From Guillardia theta CCMP2712 (Eukaryota; Protista; Cryptophyta): DNA of 64,000 nucleotides. Shown here piece by piece: positions 49,286 through 60,999 of the stretch. The stretch spans positions 295,925-359,924 of the forward strand of contig NW_005434645.1 of the NCBI RefSeq assembly GCF_000315625.1. Reading direction: 5' to 3'. The notes under the pieces were generated by a model. It was not told where the DNA came from and made no database searches. It worked only from the letters and a program-made list of their open reading frames with translations. Positions within the stretch are counted from its first letter, which is position 1. Each line of letters starts with the position of its first letter. The position numbers and the translations under genes were made by a program.

Positions 49286-52144
49286 TCACGCACACCCCAA
49301 CGAGTTCCTTGCAGACCTGCGGAATGCAGTTACATCATCATCGTCGTCGTATATGATCATCTATCCACATCATCCATCCGCATCATCAGACATCGTCATC
49401 ATGATCATCATTATCAACAACATGCAGCGAACAAAGTAAACCTCGTCGTGATCATTCGGAACTGAGCTTCCTGTGCAAAAGAAGACGATCAGTTCTGCTG
49501 GGTCTCAAGCATCCAAGACTCTCAACCTGCGAGAGAAAGTCTGCGTCCTTCAGTACCTCGAGGCAGTCCATCCTCCCCTGCGATGCGTAAGGCCAGCATG
49601 AGAAGGAGGAGGAGGAGGAGGAGGAGGAGGCGGAGGCGAAGGAGGAGGAGGAGGAGGAGGAGGAGGAGGAGGAGGAGGAGGAGGAGGAGGAGGAGGAGGA
49701 GGAGGAGGAGGAGGAGGAGGAGGGACTAACAGAAAGATCGTTCACAAACTTCAAAACGCTGTCAAACTCCATGTCCTGCAGAGATCGCATCAGCACCATC
49801 AGCTCCCTCCTCCCTCCTCCCCATCACCTCCTCTATGATGTTAGCCTTGTGCTTGCGTAAGATGGCAAGGGCGACGAACAGGTGCAGATCTTGCCCTCTG
49901 ACTCGACTCCAGAACGCCTCCCAGAGTCGAAAAACGTCTTGCAGCCCAAACTCTCTCTGTTGCACGAAATTATCAGCGCAGGTGGACGGTGGCGGGAGGG
50001 AGTCACCTTGTAGATGATCAGCAGCCACCTGAAGCAAAAATAGAAGTTGGAGCAATCTTTCCTCTCGAGATGGTCGTACAACTCCGGCTCAAGATCCTGC
50101 GATGCACTCGGTAAGGCAAGAGAAGAGATAGGCAACTTGACGTTAGAAAGGAGGGGAGGGTAGGGAAGAGGAGAGAAGGGGGGAGAAGGGAAGGGAAGGA
50201 AATTGTTTCTTCTTTCCAAATCCTGACATGGTCCAGGATCTCACCTTACACAGAGTATTAATCGTCTGCAACTGTGTATGCATCCCATTCTGATCTTTGT
50301 GGAAATTCGGCTCCATGAGATCCATCAACTTCTGAAAGCACCAGAAAGCCTCGACCTGCACCATAGTCAGCGCCTGATGGCAGCACTTCAGTCCTCAACG
50401 GACCTCATCCTCCATAACAACAAGTAGAGGAGCTGCCAGGTCGCTCATTCCCTGGGGACTAAGTCACTTCACATGGAGCAATGCTGCGGGCTAACTTGGC
50501 AGTAGGAGAGGTCGAAGTTGTAGAAAGAGTAGGTCAGGAGAATGCGGTAGAGCTTTTGCAGCCCATCGCCATTGTCGTCCACAAAGATGTCAATACTTCG
50601 ATCAGTGCGGATAACGTCCTTCTCGATCCTGTGCCTTCGATCTCTGAATTTCGAGAATCTCGATTCCTAAAGAAACAGAGATCAGGCCTTCAAACCCAGC
50701 AGCAGAAGACTGACTACCTGGTCCGCTGTTATGCTTTCCCACTGGCGCCGGTATGCTTCATACTCCTTCGCCTTCTGCGATAGGAGATGTTCGCGATCCT
50801 TCCTCGTTGAGTTCACAGGATAACATCCGAGAAGCCATTTCCATCCCTCCCGCCGAACGTTTGGAGCAAAACCGCCATAGAAAGCTCTCCTCCTCAACTT
50901 TTGGATGTCTCGGATCCTGCGATTCCGTCAGCTGCTGGAGTCACGCATGCCTGGAGGAGCACCTTCCATTGGTCTCGAAAAAACCTCTGAATTCAGCTTC
51001 TTCTATCAGGCCTTGGTCTTCCCATGGTAGAGGCTCGTGCTCCACAAAGACACATTCATCATCCCCACATCTGACTTCATTCGCCTTCGAGGAAGGACGA
51101 CTGCCAGCTGGGTGATGATGAGCCTCCGAAGGCAGAGGCATGGTCGAGGCTGGAGGATCCATCTGATCGAGAAGTTCCGCAGCACTCGCTGCCACGTCGC
51201 TTGCTACAGCACTCGCTTTCTTCCAGCCTGATCGTAAGCCTTGCATCACGCGAACGCCTCCCTGCAGGTACCTCCACTGCCATTCGCCTCCTATCTCCCG
51301 ACTCCATTCTAACTCATCCCCGTCAATCTCTGCCTGGCATTCAGGAGTGCTTGGCTTCGTCGGCGCTCTTGATCGAACAACGCCAGGAGAAGACTGGACC
51401 ATATCCAATCCGTGCAAACTTCGTTGGAGCATATTCGAGCTATCATTCACAAGGAGCGTCGAAGCATCGGCATCACATCGAGTCAAGGTAGCATACTGGG
51501 ATAACTTGCAGTCACTCTCACACCTTTCACAGGGAATCATTCACCTCCTGCAACTTGTTTTGAAACTCCAAAGCGCGGCCAGAGTGGAAGAACATCGGAG
51601 GGTGGGAACACCCGCTTCGCAGGTTGAGGATGACCTGTACAGTCCTTCAGTGAAGGACTTGCAGATTATGGAGAGACCTGTGGCGTTCCCAGGGACGGTC
51701 GGATGAGACGGATGGAGTAGATCTGAGATATGTGCGTGCAGATGGCGTACTGGAGATTGCTGACCGCTTTAGTTGCAGCCTACAGTGCAGCCGCTTTCAC
51801 CTTCCCAGCATGACGAAGAGAGTTCATTCATCACCTGATTCGGGTCGTCCGTTGGATTCCAAACGATGTAGACGGATTGACCTTCATCTTCAACCCTGAT
51901 CGAGAGGCTTCCGAACATCGGCGAGCAGCTCTCACTTATCTGTGAAGCTTGAGGTGAGAAAGAGGCACGAACGGCAGCTGGCAACAGGTTGGACCTGTAT
52001 GTATACAGACTTGTTCTGCCACTTGATACTCTCTTTGCCTGGACAATTCCTGTTTCCTGGAGCACACCACTCTCCACCACTGCTCTCTCCTCCGCCATCG
52101 CTACCGTTGACCTCCGCCCAATGCTCCTCTATGCAGTCTGCCAT
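49286..52144 (-). CDS. TBC-domain Rab GTPase-activating protein, TBC1D15/17 (Gyp7)-like
   Basis: AFYGGFAPNVRREGWKWLLG, IEKDVIRTDR (Arg finger), YCQ/GMSDLAAP (Gln finger), EAFWCF, YFCFRWLLIIYK/REF, VFRLWEAFWS. Confidence 0.9.
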
Positions 52145-53624
52145 GACGATAGAGGGAACGGTGAAAGAAGCAGACCTGCCAAGCAGAGATTCAGTGTGAG
52201 AAAATCAACGACAATCATTTCAAGTGCGAAGAGGATGGAGAACAGAAAAGAAGTATGTTCTACCATCCCTGTCAACATGCAAGTGGCACAGCAACACAAA
52301 AAGGGTCAAAAAGTCTCAAATATCACATTGCCTCAAAACAAGAACTTTTGGGGCTCAAGAATGCAGAGATGGACCGTAAATTCTTTTCAAACCAGTCCAA
52401 GATCCTTATTTCAGCATCCCAAACTCGCTCACATATCGCCCGCCCACCATGATCACCGAAAAATGTTCGAGGGAACCAAATTGAACATGAGCATGAACAG
52501 CATGGTTCCAGAAAGAATTTACGTCCCGAGTTGGTTCTTCCTGCACGGCTGATGGTAAAGTACTAGTAACTTTCATTGGACATGGGGTTTTCTCCTTCCC
52601 CCTCCTCCTCCATCCTTCTCTTCCTCATCATTCTCCTCTCCCCGCACGCGCAACCATGCCGCTACAGCCCAAATCATGACTAGAAGGGGTGGGGTGGGTT
52701 TGACGAGGGTAGTACTGTACAGCATAGCAAAACAGGGGTTGTAATGAATAATTGTGGGATTCCCGGCAAACAGATATTCCCTTGTGTCCAAAGTTGAATG
52801 TAAAAAATTGAAATTGTGGAACATATGTTCACATTAAAACATCATTTGATATGATTATTTGAAATCAAGATGGTGGGTGCGCTGAATCTGGAACTTCAGG
52901 GTAGTGGGTAGAATCTGGGAATGTTTAAGGTAGGGGTACCTCCTAGTGAGGCGGGTGGTTCATCAGGTGGGGTGGGGTGAGGGACCGCAGCCATTTAAAA
53001 TTGGTTTTAAAGAAAGTATTTTATGGCAGAGAAATATTGAATAATGTTAGATTTATTGGAAAGTTTATTGATTTTGGTAGAATGTTAGGGGATGAGGGGC
53101 AGAAGGGAAGGCGGGGCGGGAGGAAATGCTCGTCAGGAAGAACAAGGGTGAGAGCCTGGAAAACTGCTCATCCTCCTGCTGCTCCTGCTGCTCCTGCTCC
53201 TTATCCTACTGCTCCTGGTCCTCTCCCTGCCCATGTTTCTTGTCGTCGTCCTCGTTGTCGTCGTCCTCCTGTCCCTCCACTCCCTTGCTTCTGCTCCTCC
53301 TCTTCCGCCTGCTCCTCTTCCGCCTGCTCCTCTTCCGCCTGCTCCTTCGCCGGATCCTCATGTTGGTCGTCCTCCATTCCCTCTTCCTCTTCCTCATTTC
53401 CCTTGTTCTCATAATTTTGCACATTTAACCACCTTTGTCATTGGACCATCCATCCAATCTATCGGGCACGCGCTCCAATCTGTCGCCTCAGTCGCATATA
53501 ATGAGAGGAACCATGATCTAGCTCCCAATTTCTTTGATTCGCCCTTGACTCGGTCGCTTTGCAGCCTGTGGAAGGTCAAGGATGGCATCTTGAACCTGGT
53601 CGATCGCTCGACTCTTTGCTACCC

Positions 53625-56600
53625 ATGTTTGATTCTAGCGATACACACTTTGCCAGCACCTCCGCGCACCCGCGGCTGGCGCCGCCGGTGTTGAACCCCA
53701 ATGGCACCATCGTCCTCAACCCGGCGCCAGTACCAGTGAAGAAGCAGGAGAGCAGCACGAGCCGCTCGATCTATGGTAACTCTGGCTTCGTCAAGGCAGA
53801 AACGCATGGAGGGCCGCAAATAATCGTCCCGAGGGACGAGGAGAATGGAGGAGGGAGAGTGGAGAATACCTCTCAGCCCACCACCCCTCGTACCCCTCGT
53901 ACTCCACAAACGCCGCAAACCCCACGTACCCCAACCTCGCCAGCTGCACGTTGGCCGACAGACAGCGCAGGCTCTGCTGATGGAAGCAAGATCCCCTCAG
54001 GTGGTCCCGGTCTAGTTCAGCGGCTGACTCTGTTGACCGTGTGTACAGACTTGGACTTGGGCGCGTCTTCGGCAAGTGCGGAAGGTTGAAGCAACATGGT
54101 TCCTGTGACTTTTCCTCTCAACTTACTCCTCCTTAGGGAACGAGACCAAGGCTCAAGCAGACCCCGAAGCAGGAGCTGGTATGGGATCGGCTCAGCGCCT
54201 CGACCCGTGTCTGAGACTGATGAACGTGAAAAGTAGATTTCGTTCCGACTGCCGAGGATACTGAGCCACAGGAGACTCCCAGGTGTCGATCCTGCCATCA
54301 TCGGCTTCCGGTTGACTTGTCCTCCTGCAGCTATGCCACCGAAGACCCTGCGGAGTTTGCCCCGGGGAGCTCCCCCCCCGTACTCTTTCGTATTCGTTGA
54401 TCATCGTCTGTCACTGAACATTGGTTCTAGGAGGAGTTTGCCCCGGGGAGCCTTCCCGACTACGGGTATTCGAATAAGAACAACTCTAGTTCCCCCCATT
54501 ATGCATCTGGAAGCCCCCCAAGCTACGCCTCAGGCAATTCGCCCAACTTTGCGCCGGGAGGCTCTCCAAACTATGGCTCGGGAGGTTCACCCCACTATGC
54601 ATCAGGGGGGTCCCCCAAGTACGCCCCGGGCAGCCCCCCCAGCAAGCCTCCAGGGTCTCCGCAGTACGCCCCGGGCAGCCCCCCCAGCAAGCCTCCAGGG
54701 TCTCCGCAGTACGCCCCGGGCAGCCCCCCCAGCAAGCCTCCAGGGTCTCCGCAGTACGCCCCGGGCAGCCCCCCCAGCAAGCCTCCAGGGTCTCCGCAGT
54801 ACGCCCCGGGCAGTCCCCCCGGCAAGCCTCCAGGGTCTCCGCAGTACGCCCCGGGCAGCCCCCCCGGCAAGCCTCCAGGGTCTCCGCAGTACGCTCCTGG
54901 ATCTCCACAGCCATGTAAATTCCATTTGGCTGGTTCGTTAGTTTCTGATTCAAGTTTCAGCATTCGATACAGGCAATGGCATGGCCAAGGTAGTGATGCT
55001 AGTAGTGTGTTAGAGCAGTTGATCCCTTCATCGCTGAACTCTGCATTTATCGTTTACAGGCTCCACAATCACCTCAGTATGCCCCTGCGAGCTCCCCTCC
55101 TCAGTCTGGAGATCAGGACGAAAGCCAGCAGGATCCAGCACCAACCTCGTTTGCTGCAAAGATGATGGCGAAGATGGGATGGAAAGAGGGTTTGTTGTGA
55201 GTGCCGGGGCAAGCACAGAGAGTCACTTGGATTCTTTTTCAGGGGATGCTTTGGGTAAGACCGGACAAGGGTTGACTCAAGCTATCGATGTTTACGACAA
55301 ACAGGTATGCTCTCAGATTAGTCTTGGGGAGCTTCGTGTCACGATGCTTTAATAGGATCGTGCTGGATTGGGAGCCTCTAGCGGTTTCCAAAGGGAACGA
55401 AAAGCCGGTCTGCACATCCAAAACCACCAGAAGAAAGAGGTGCTTACTTCCACGGCTTCAAGGTGCTGTCTTGACGCTGTCTTGAACCTTGAACGTACAG
55501 GAGATCAGCATCGATGTCTACGTGGAGTGGGTTGTGGCAGACCCTGACCACATGAACCCCTCGTTCGATGTGAGTAGCTGCGATGGGAGGTCGAGAGGAG
55601 CTGATCAGGATTTGGAAGGCTCTGCGGATGGGATACGTGATGGAGCAGGTACAGGATTGTGACTGTATGGGAGACCCCAAGGTTGCTCAGTCCCTTCTCC
55701 ATACTTGAGCGTTGTGAGGGATTCCCAGGCATCCCCGACTGCTGATTACGACATGCTGGCAACGCGTGAAGTAGCCCAAGACATAAAGGACTCCAAGAGC
55801 GCGTTCGATAACATGGACCGCAAAGTACAAGTGGCAGAGGGGGGAGGGGGAAGGGAGGGCAGAGCGAAGGGGTGGAAGATGTGGGAGGAGGGAGGGCAAG
55901 GCCAGGGAGCATGAGTGTAAGGGAGGTTGAGCAGGGGCGAGAGCTAGACAGAGGAGGCTGGAGTGTCAGGGAGGGAGAGAAGCTGCAGGATTTGCTGATG
56001 TTGCTCCTTCCCCTTTCAGTTGATGAGAGACGCTGTCATGAGAGCCAACCCGTGGGAGCTTTGTTCAGTGAAAGGTCATCACATCTTTCAGAACAGGTGA
56101 GGGAGGAGCAGGTTCCATACACGTTCCGCGCTGAAATGTTGTTGACAGGGCTGCGATGAAGATGGCCGAGATGGACTGGCTGTTCAATTTCACATCCAGG
56201 AGATACTCAAACCCTGTCATCGATGACACTCCCTCCAAGCACGACAACCAGTTCTACTTCGCCGACATTTGCGCAGGGCCAGGTCCAGTCCTCGATGCGC
56301 TCCTGCTCCTGCTCGCCCACCTTTGAAGCCTAATGCAGGAGGATTCACCGAATACATGTACTGGAGGAGACAGCAGTCCGCCCGCGGGTATGCCCTGCCG
56401 GCTGCTTGTTCCTCCTATTGAGTTCCGCATCAGCTGGGGATTCACCTTGAAAGGAGACCATGACTTCCGTCTTGACAAGTTCAACTCAACCTCCCCACAT
56501 TATACCTTCACTCCTTGCTACGGACAGGTTCCTCTCGAGACTCGCCCTCGCTCGCTCCTCCCTCTCTCCACCCACGACTCTCCCTCCCCCACTCTGTCTC

Positions 56601-59534
56601 TCTCTGTCTGTATCTCGCTCCCCCTTTCTCTTCATCCTCTCTCCATGCCCTGCCCCCCTTTCTTCTTCCCCTCTCCCCTTCATCTTCGAATTCAGGATGA
56701 CTCGGGGAATATCTACAACAACGAGAACATGCGGCACTTCGCAGCCAAGGTGACGTTGACGCTGAGGTGGCTGAGGTTTCAGCACGCTCAGGACGGGATG
56801 GCAGGTAAAGAAGGACACGGAAGGGAGGGGTGTAGTCCTGGTCACTGCCGACGGAGGGGACTCTGTGGACGGAGAGTTTTTGCGGTGAAGGAGGAGGAAA
56901 GAGGAAGGAGGAGAGGGTAGATGATCGCCTGTCACAGTCAGGAGTGGATCATGCGGAGGCTGGCCCTGTGCCAGTGCTGCACTGCGCTGATGATACTGAG
57001 GAGAGGAGGGAATTTCATCTGCAAGGTCTTGCTCAGCCCGACACTTGGGTTGACCTGTGACTTCTGTGACAGCTCTTCGACATCTTCACTCCCTTCCTCC
57101 ATGACCTCTGCTACCTCATGAGCGTAAGACCTTCCCACCCCACCCCCTTCTTGCCTCCCTTTCCCGCCACCTTCCCGTCCCCCTGCCTTCGTGTTTGGCA
57201 TTCAATGTTTCCTCCATCTGCCTCTGTCGGACTCTATCCCCTCAAACCTCTGCCCCTCCATTCTCATCCCCGTCCCTCTCTCGTTCTCCTTCTTCCCCTC
57301 CCGCTCCCGCTCACTCCTCGTGGGACTTGCCTCTCTCAGCCCTCCTCCTCCTCCTCCTCCTCCTCCTCCTCCTCTTTCTCGCACGAGGAGAGCACCGACG
57401 TCTTCCTGTTTGACAGGACCAGAGGCACTGAGGGGGAGGGAAACCATTTCAAACGGTCAAAAAGGGGATTTTTTTTCTTCGTGCGAAACAAGAGGGTCCT
57501 CCCTGNNNNNNNNNNNNNNNNNNNNNNNNNNNNNNNNNNNNNNNNNNNNNNNNNNNNNNNNNNNNNNNNNNNNNNNNNNNNNNNNNNNNNNNNNNNNNNN
57601 NNNNNCCTCCTCCTCCTCCTCCTCCTCCTCCTCCTCCTCCTCCTCCTCCTCCTCCTCCTCCTCCTCCTCCTCCTCCTCCTCCTCCTCCTCCTCCTCCTCC
57701 TCCTCCTCCTCCTCCTCCTCCTCCTCCTCCTCCTCCTCCTCCATTCTCTTGTTCAGCCATCCCTCCTGCTTGACATGCGTTGCAAGTTGCATTTCGAACA
57801 AACGGCGCTTGTCAAACCGCTCACCTCCAGACCCGGTTCGCCTTCTCCCTGCTCCCTGGAGGCTTCGTTTGACACGTCAGCAGCTAACTCCGAGCGTTAC
57901 CTCGTCTGCAAGGGACTGCTTCAAGATAGCCCGCAGCTGATAGAGTTCCTGCTGCACATCAACCAGTTTCTAGACGATGACAAGGTAAGGGGTCCGGGGG
58001 TTCCGAGGGCCGGGCAGTCAAACTTTTGCGCCGCAGCTGAAGGAGCGGGGAAACCGCCAAGTCAGCCGACTGCTCCCTCCTGACAGGTCGGTCGTGGAGA
58101 GCGAGGGGAGGGCTTGTCCGCGACTGACTCTGGTGATCCTTGCAGCGTCCCTCAATCCTGGACCAACTACGTGAAGGAGCACAACGTGACGTGAGTACCG
58201 CTTTCTTGAAGATGCTCTTGTGCGCACTCAGGACGAGGATGGCAGGGTGGGTCAGACACAGATCGAGTATCTGAAGGAGACGATGAAGTTCTATGAAGAC
58301 CCCATGCTCTCGATGTGAACCCTGCCCTCCTCCCACCCTTCCTATCCTCTCTCCTCCTCCTCCCTCTCCTCTCCCCTCCTCCTCCTCCTCCTCCTCCTCC
58401 TCGCTGTCTCTCTAACACCTGGCAAGCTCCGACAAGCAGGTGGAGATCTGTAAGAAGTGTGTGACCAAGTGGGGCATCCCCGAGACGATCTCGGTCGCTG
58501 CAAGGAGGCGAGGAACGTTCTGCTCACCCTTGACCACAGGAGAGCCGAAAGTTGATCTACATGCCGCCGGGAACGAGGCAGCCGACGCAAGTGAGTGAAG
58601 GCCGTGAGATGTCTTGATGTAGATGTCCTGATGTAGATGTCTTGATGTAGATGTCTTGATGTAGATGTCTTGATGCAGATGTCTTGATGTAGATGTCTTG
58701 ATGTAGATGTCTTGATGTAGATGTCTTGATGCAGATGTCTTGATGTAGATGTCTTGATGTAGATGTCTTGATGTAGATGTCTTGATGCAGATGTCTTGAT
58801 GCAGATGTCTTGATGTAGATGTCTTGATGCAGATGTCTTGATGCAGATGTCTTGATGTAGATGTCTTGATGTAGATGTCTTGATGCAGATGTCTTGATGC
58901 AGATGTCTTGATGCAGATGTCTTGATGTAGATGTCTTGATGTAGATGTCCTGATGTAGATGTCTTGATGTAGATGTCTTGATGTAGATGTCTTGATGCAG
59001 ATGTCTTGATGTAGATGTCTTGATGTAGATGTCTTGATGCAGATGTCTTGATGCAGATGTCTTGATGCAGATGTCTTGATGTAGATGTCTTGATGTAGAT
59101 GTCTTGATGCAGATGTCTTGATGCAGATGTCTCGATGCAGATGTCTTGATGTAGATGTCTTGATGTAGATGTCGCTGTTGTGGGCTCATCTTGGTGATCA
59201 ACAGGCTTCGGAGCATGCAGAAGACAAGGAGATGTTTGTCTTCAACCCGGAGACCGACAAGCCGAAGCAGGAGGCGAAGACTGGAGCTCGAGCTGTCGCC
59301 CCGACGCAAACCAAGGAGCCTCTTGCACACGAAGACGCTGAGAGGAAGGGAGCGAGCGAGTCGAGCGGCAAGGAGGCGACGGCGCCCGCAGCGGCCGACG
59401 ATCCGTCGCAGAGAGTTGAAGTGAAGAAGAAGAAAGTCGTTGGGCCCGATCTCTCCAACGATAGGTTCGTAATGAAGGGGATGTTCAAGAGGGAGAGGAC
59501 AATGGTGGTCGTTGAAGAGGAGGAGGAGGAGGAG

Positions 59535-59569
<35 letters not shown>

Positions 59570-60809
59570 GGAGGAGGAGGAGATGAAAATGATGATGCGA
59601 AGGAGACGAAGAAGAAGTGGAGGAGGGAACAGGATAATTTTTGTTTTTCAGTGTCCTTGCTGCACTGCAAAAGCGCGCAGCAGCAGCAACTGCGAAGCAG
59701 CTCGAGGAGGAGGAGCAGGTGCCGTGCTGTGCTCGTCGTGCTCACTCCATGACGGCGATGTTCACAGAAGCAGAAGCAGAAGCTGGAGGAGAAGAAGGAG
59801 AGAGATCGCAAGTTGAAGTGAAGCCTCCTCTTTTCTCTTGATCTTCGTGATGTTCCATCCTTCCTCTGCATTCCCCTCATTCCCCCCCTTCATAGTCTTC
59901 TATCTGCATACGTCACCTTCGCTCCTCCTCCCTTTATCCCTTCCCTTCTCGTCACCTCCCTCTTCTTCCTGCGCCACCGTCTCCTCCTCCTCTTGCCATC
60001 AACAGTGCATTTTGCCTGTGATTTTGTTCTGAACGCAGGGAACGAGAAGAATCGAGCAAGGCCGGGGAGGCCAAGAAGGTATCGCGGCATGGTCGTCACT
60101 GCGTGGGGATTTTGACGATGGAGCTGCAGAAATCGGCCAAGGGCGACAAGCCCAGCCAGAAGGCGACAGAGGTGGAGGATGGAGACGAAAGCTGCTCTCC
60201 CCCTGACGCTCCTGTCAGGAGAAGGTAGAGAGGAAGGAGAGAGAGCCAACACCTCCTACTCCGCCACCGACCCGGGAGGAGGAAGAGGAGGAAATGGGAG
60301 AGAGGGAGGAGAAGAGGTGAGCACCGGAGGTGTAGAAAAGAGGGGAGTGTGACTGGCGACGGTCTGTTGTCACAGGGATCGTAAGGAAAAGAAGTCCAAG
60401 TCGAAAAGGAACAGGAGCGACGAGGAGGTAGGGAAGACGGCGGCTCTCCTTCACTGGCTGACTCGTCAGGGTGCGCAGGAGGATGGGAGGGAGAAGAAGC
60501 ACAAGAAGAGCAAGAGGGACAAGGAGAAAGGGAAGGATTCTGATGAGAAGCGCGACCAGTAAGTCGTGACTTGCAAAGGGTTTCCTCAGTAGCTTTCCTC
60601 CCTTCCCGTCCTGCTCACCCCCCTCCCTCCTCCATCTCCTTCCCTTTCCCCCCCCCTTTCCCGTGTTTTCCATACCTCCTGACTGCACTCCTCTGCTCTC
60701 TCTGCTGTTCATGGCTACCATTTTCATTTCTCTCCTTTGTCGCTCCTCATTCAACCTTTTCAGGGATGCTGGAGGTAATGGCGGGACATCTTTTAAGGTA
60801 ACTAGATAG
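53625..60809 (+). CDS. CMTR1: Cap-specific mRNA (nucleoside-2'-O)-methyltransferase 1 with G-patch and CTD-like repeat N-terminus
   Basis: G-patch FAAKMMAKMGWKEG..LGKTGQG; RrmJ-type MTase RANPWE..FQNR/AAMKMAEMD, FADICAGP/GGFTEY, WGFTLKG..DF, VTADGG, QEWIMRRLALCQ..ALMILRRGGNFICK/LFD, KPLTSRP/ANSERYLVCKG; KQVEICKKCVTKWGIP; charged low-complexity tail. Start and end approximate. Confidence 0.9.
54618..54900 (+). repeat. 45-bp coding tandem repeat (YAPGSPPSKPPGSPQ) x6 plus a partial unit
   Basis: Unit agtacgccccgggcagcccccccagcaagcctccagggtctccgc starting at 54618, 54663, 54708, 54753, 54798, 54843. Confidence 0.95.
58607..59173. repeat. 14-bp intronic minisatellite (agatgtcttgatgY), about 40 copies
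   Basis: Two main unit variants differing at the last base (t/c); lies inside a CMTR1 intron (~58590-59204). Confidence 0.96.
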
Positions 60810-60999
60810 CAGGAATAGGAAGGAAGGTAGAGGACAGGGAGGAGGAGGGAAGGGGGAGGAGGAGAAGGAGAAGGAGGGAAGGAGGAGGGGGAGGAGGAGG
60901 GGGAGGAGGAGGGGGAGGAGGAGGGAAGGAGGAGGGAGAGGAGGAGGAGGCAGAGAATTGACGAGTAAGCAGATCAAGCTAAAAGTCACGTCGAAAGAG

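Noticed and set aside
54312-54963. Listed ORFs over the 45-bp repeat (STPRAAPPASLQGLR, GAYCGDPGG and similar)
   Set aside because: Splice phases link a different plus frame (YAPGSP...) to the CMTR1 G-patch; these are shadow frames.
58557-59330. 257-aa minus-strand ORF (RHLHQDIYIKTSTS repeats)
   Set aside because: Product of a stop-free 14-bp repeat antisense to a CMTR1 intron; no other coding evidence.
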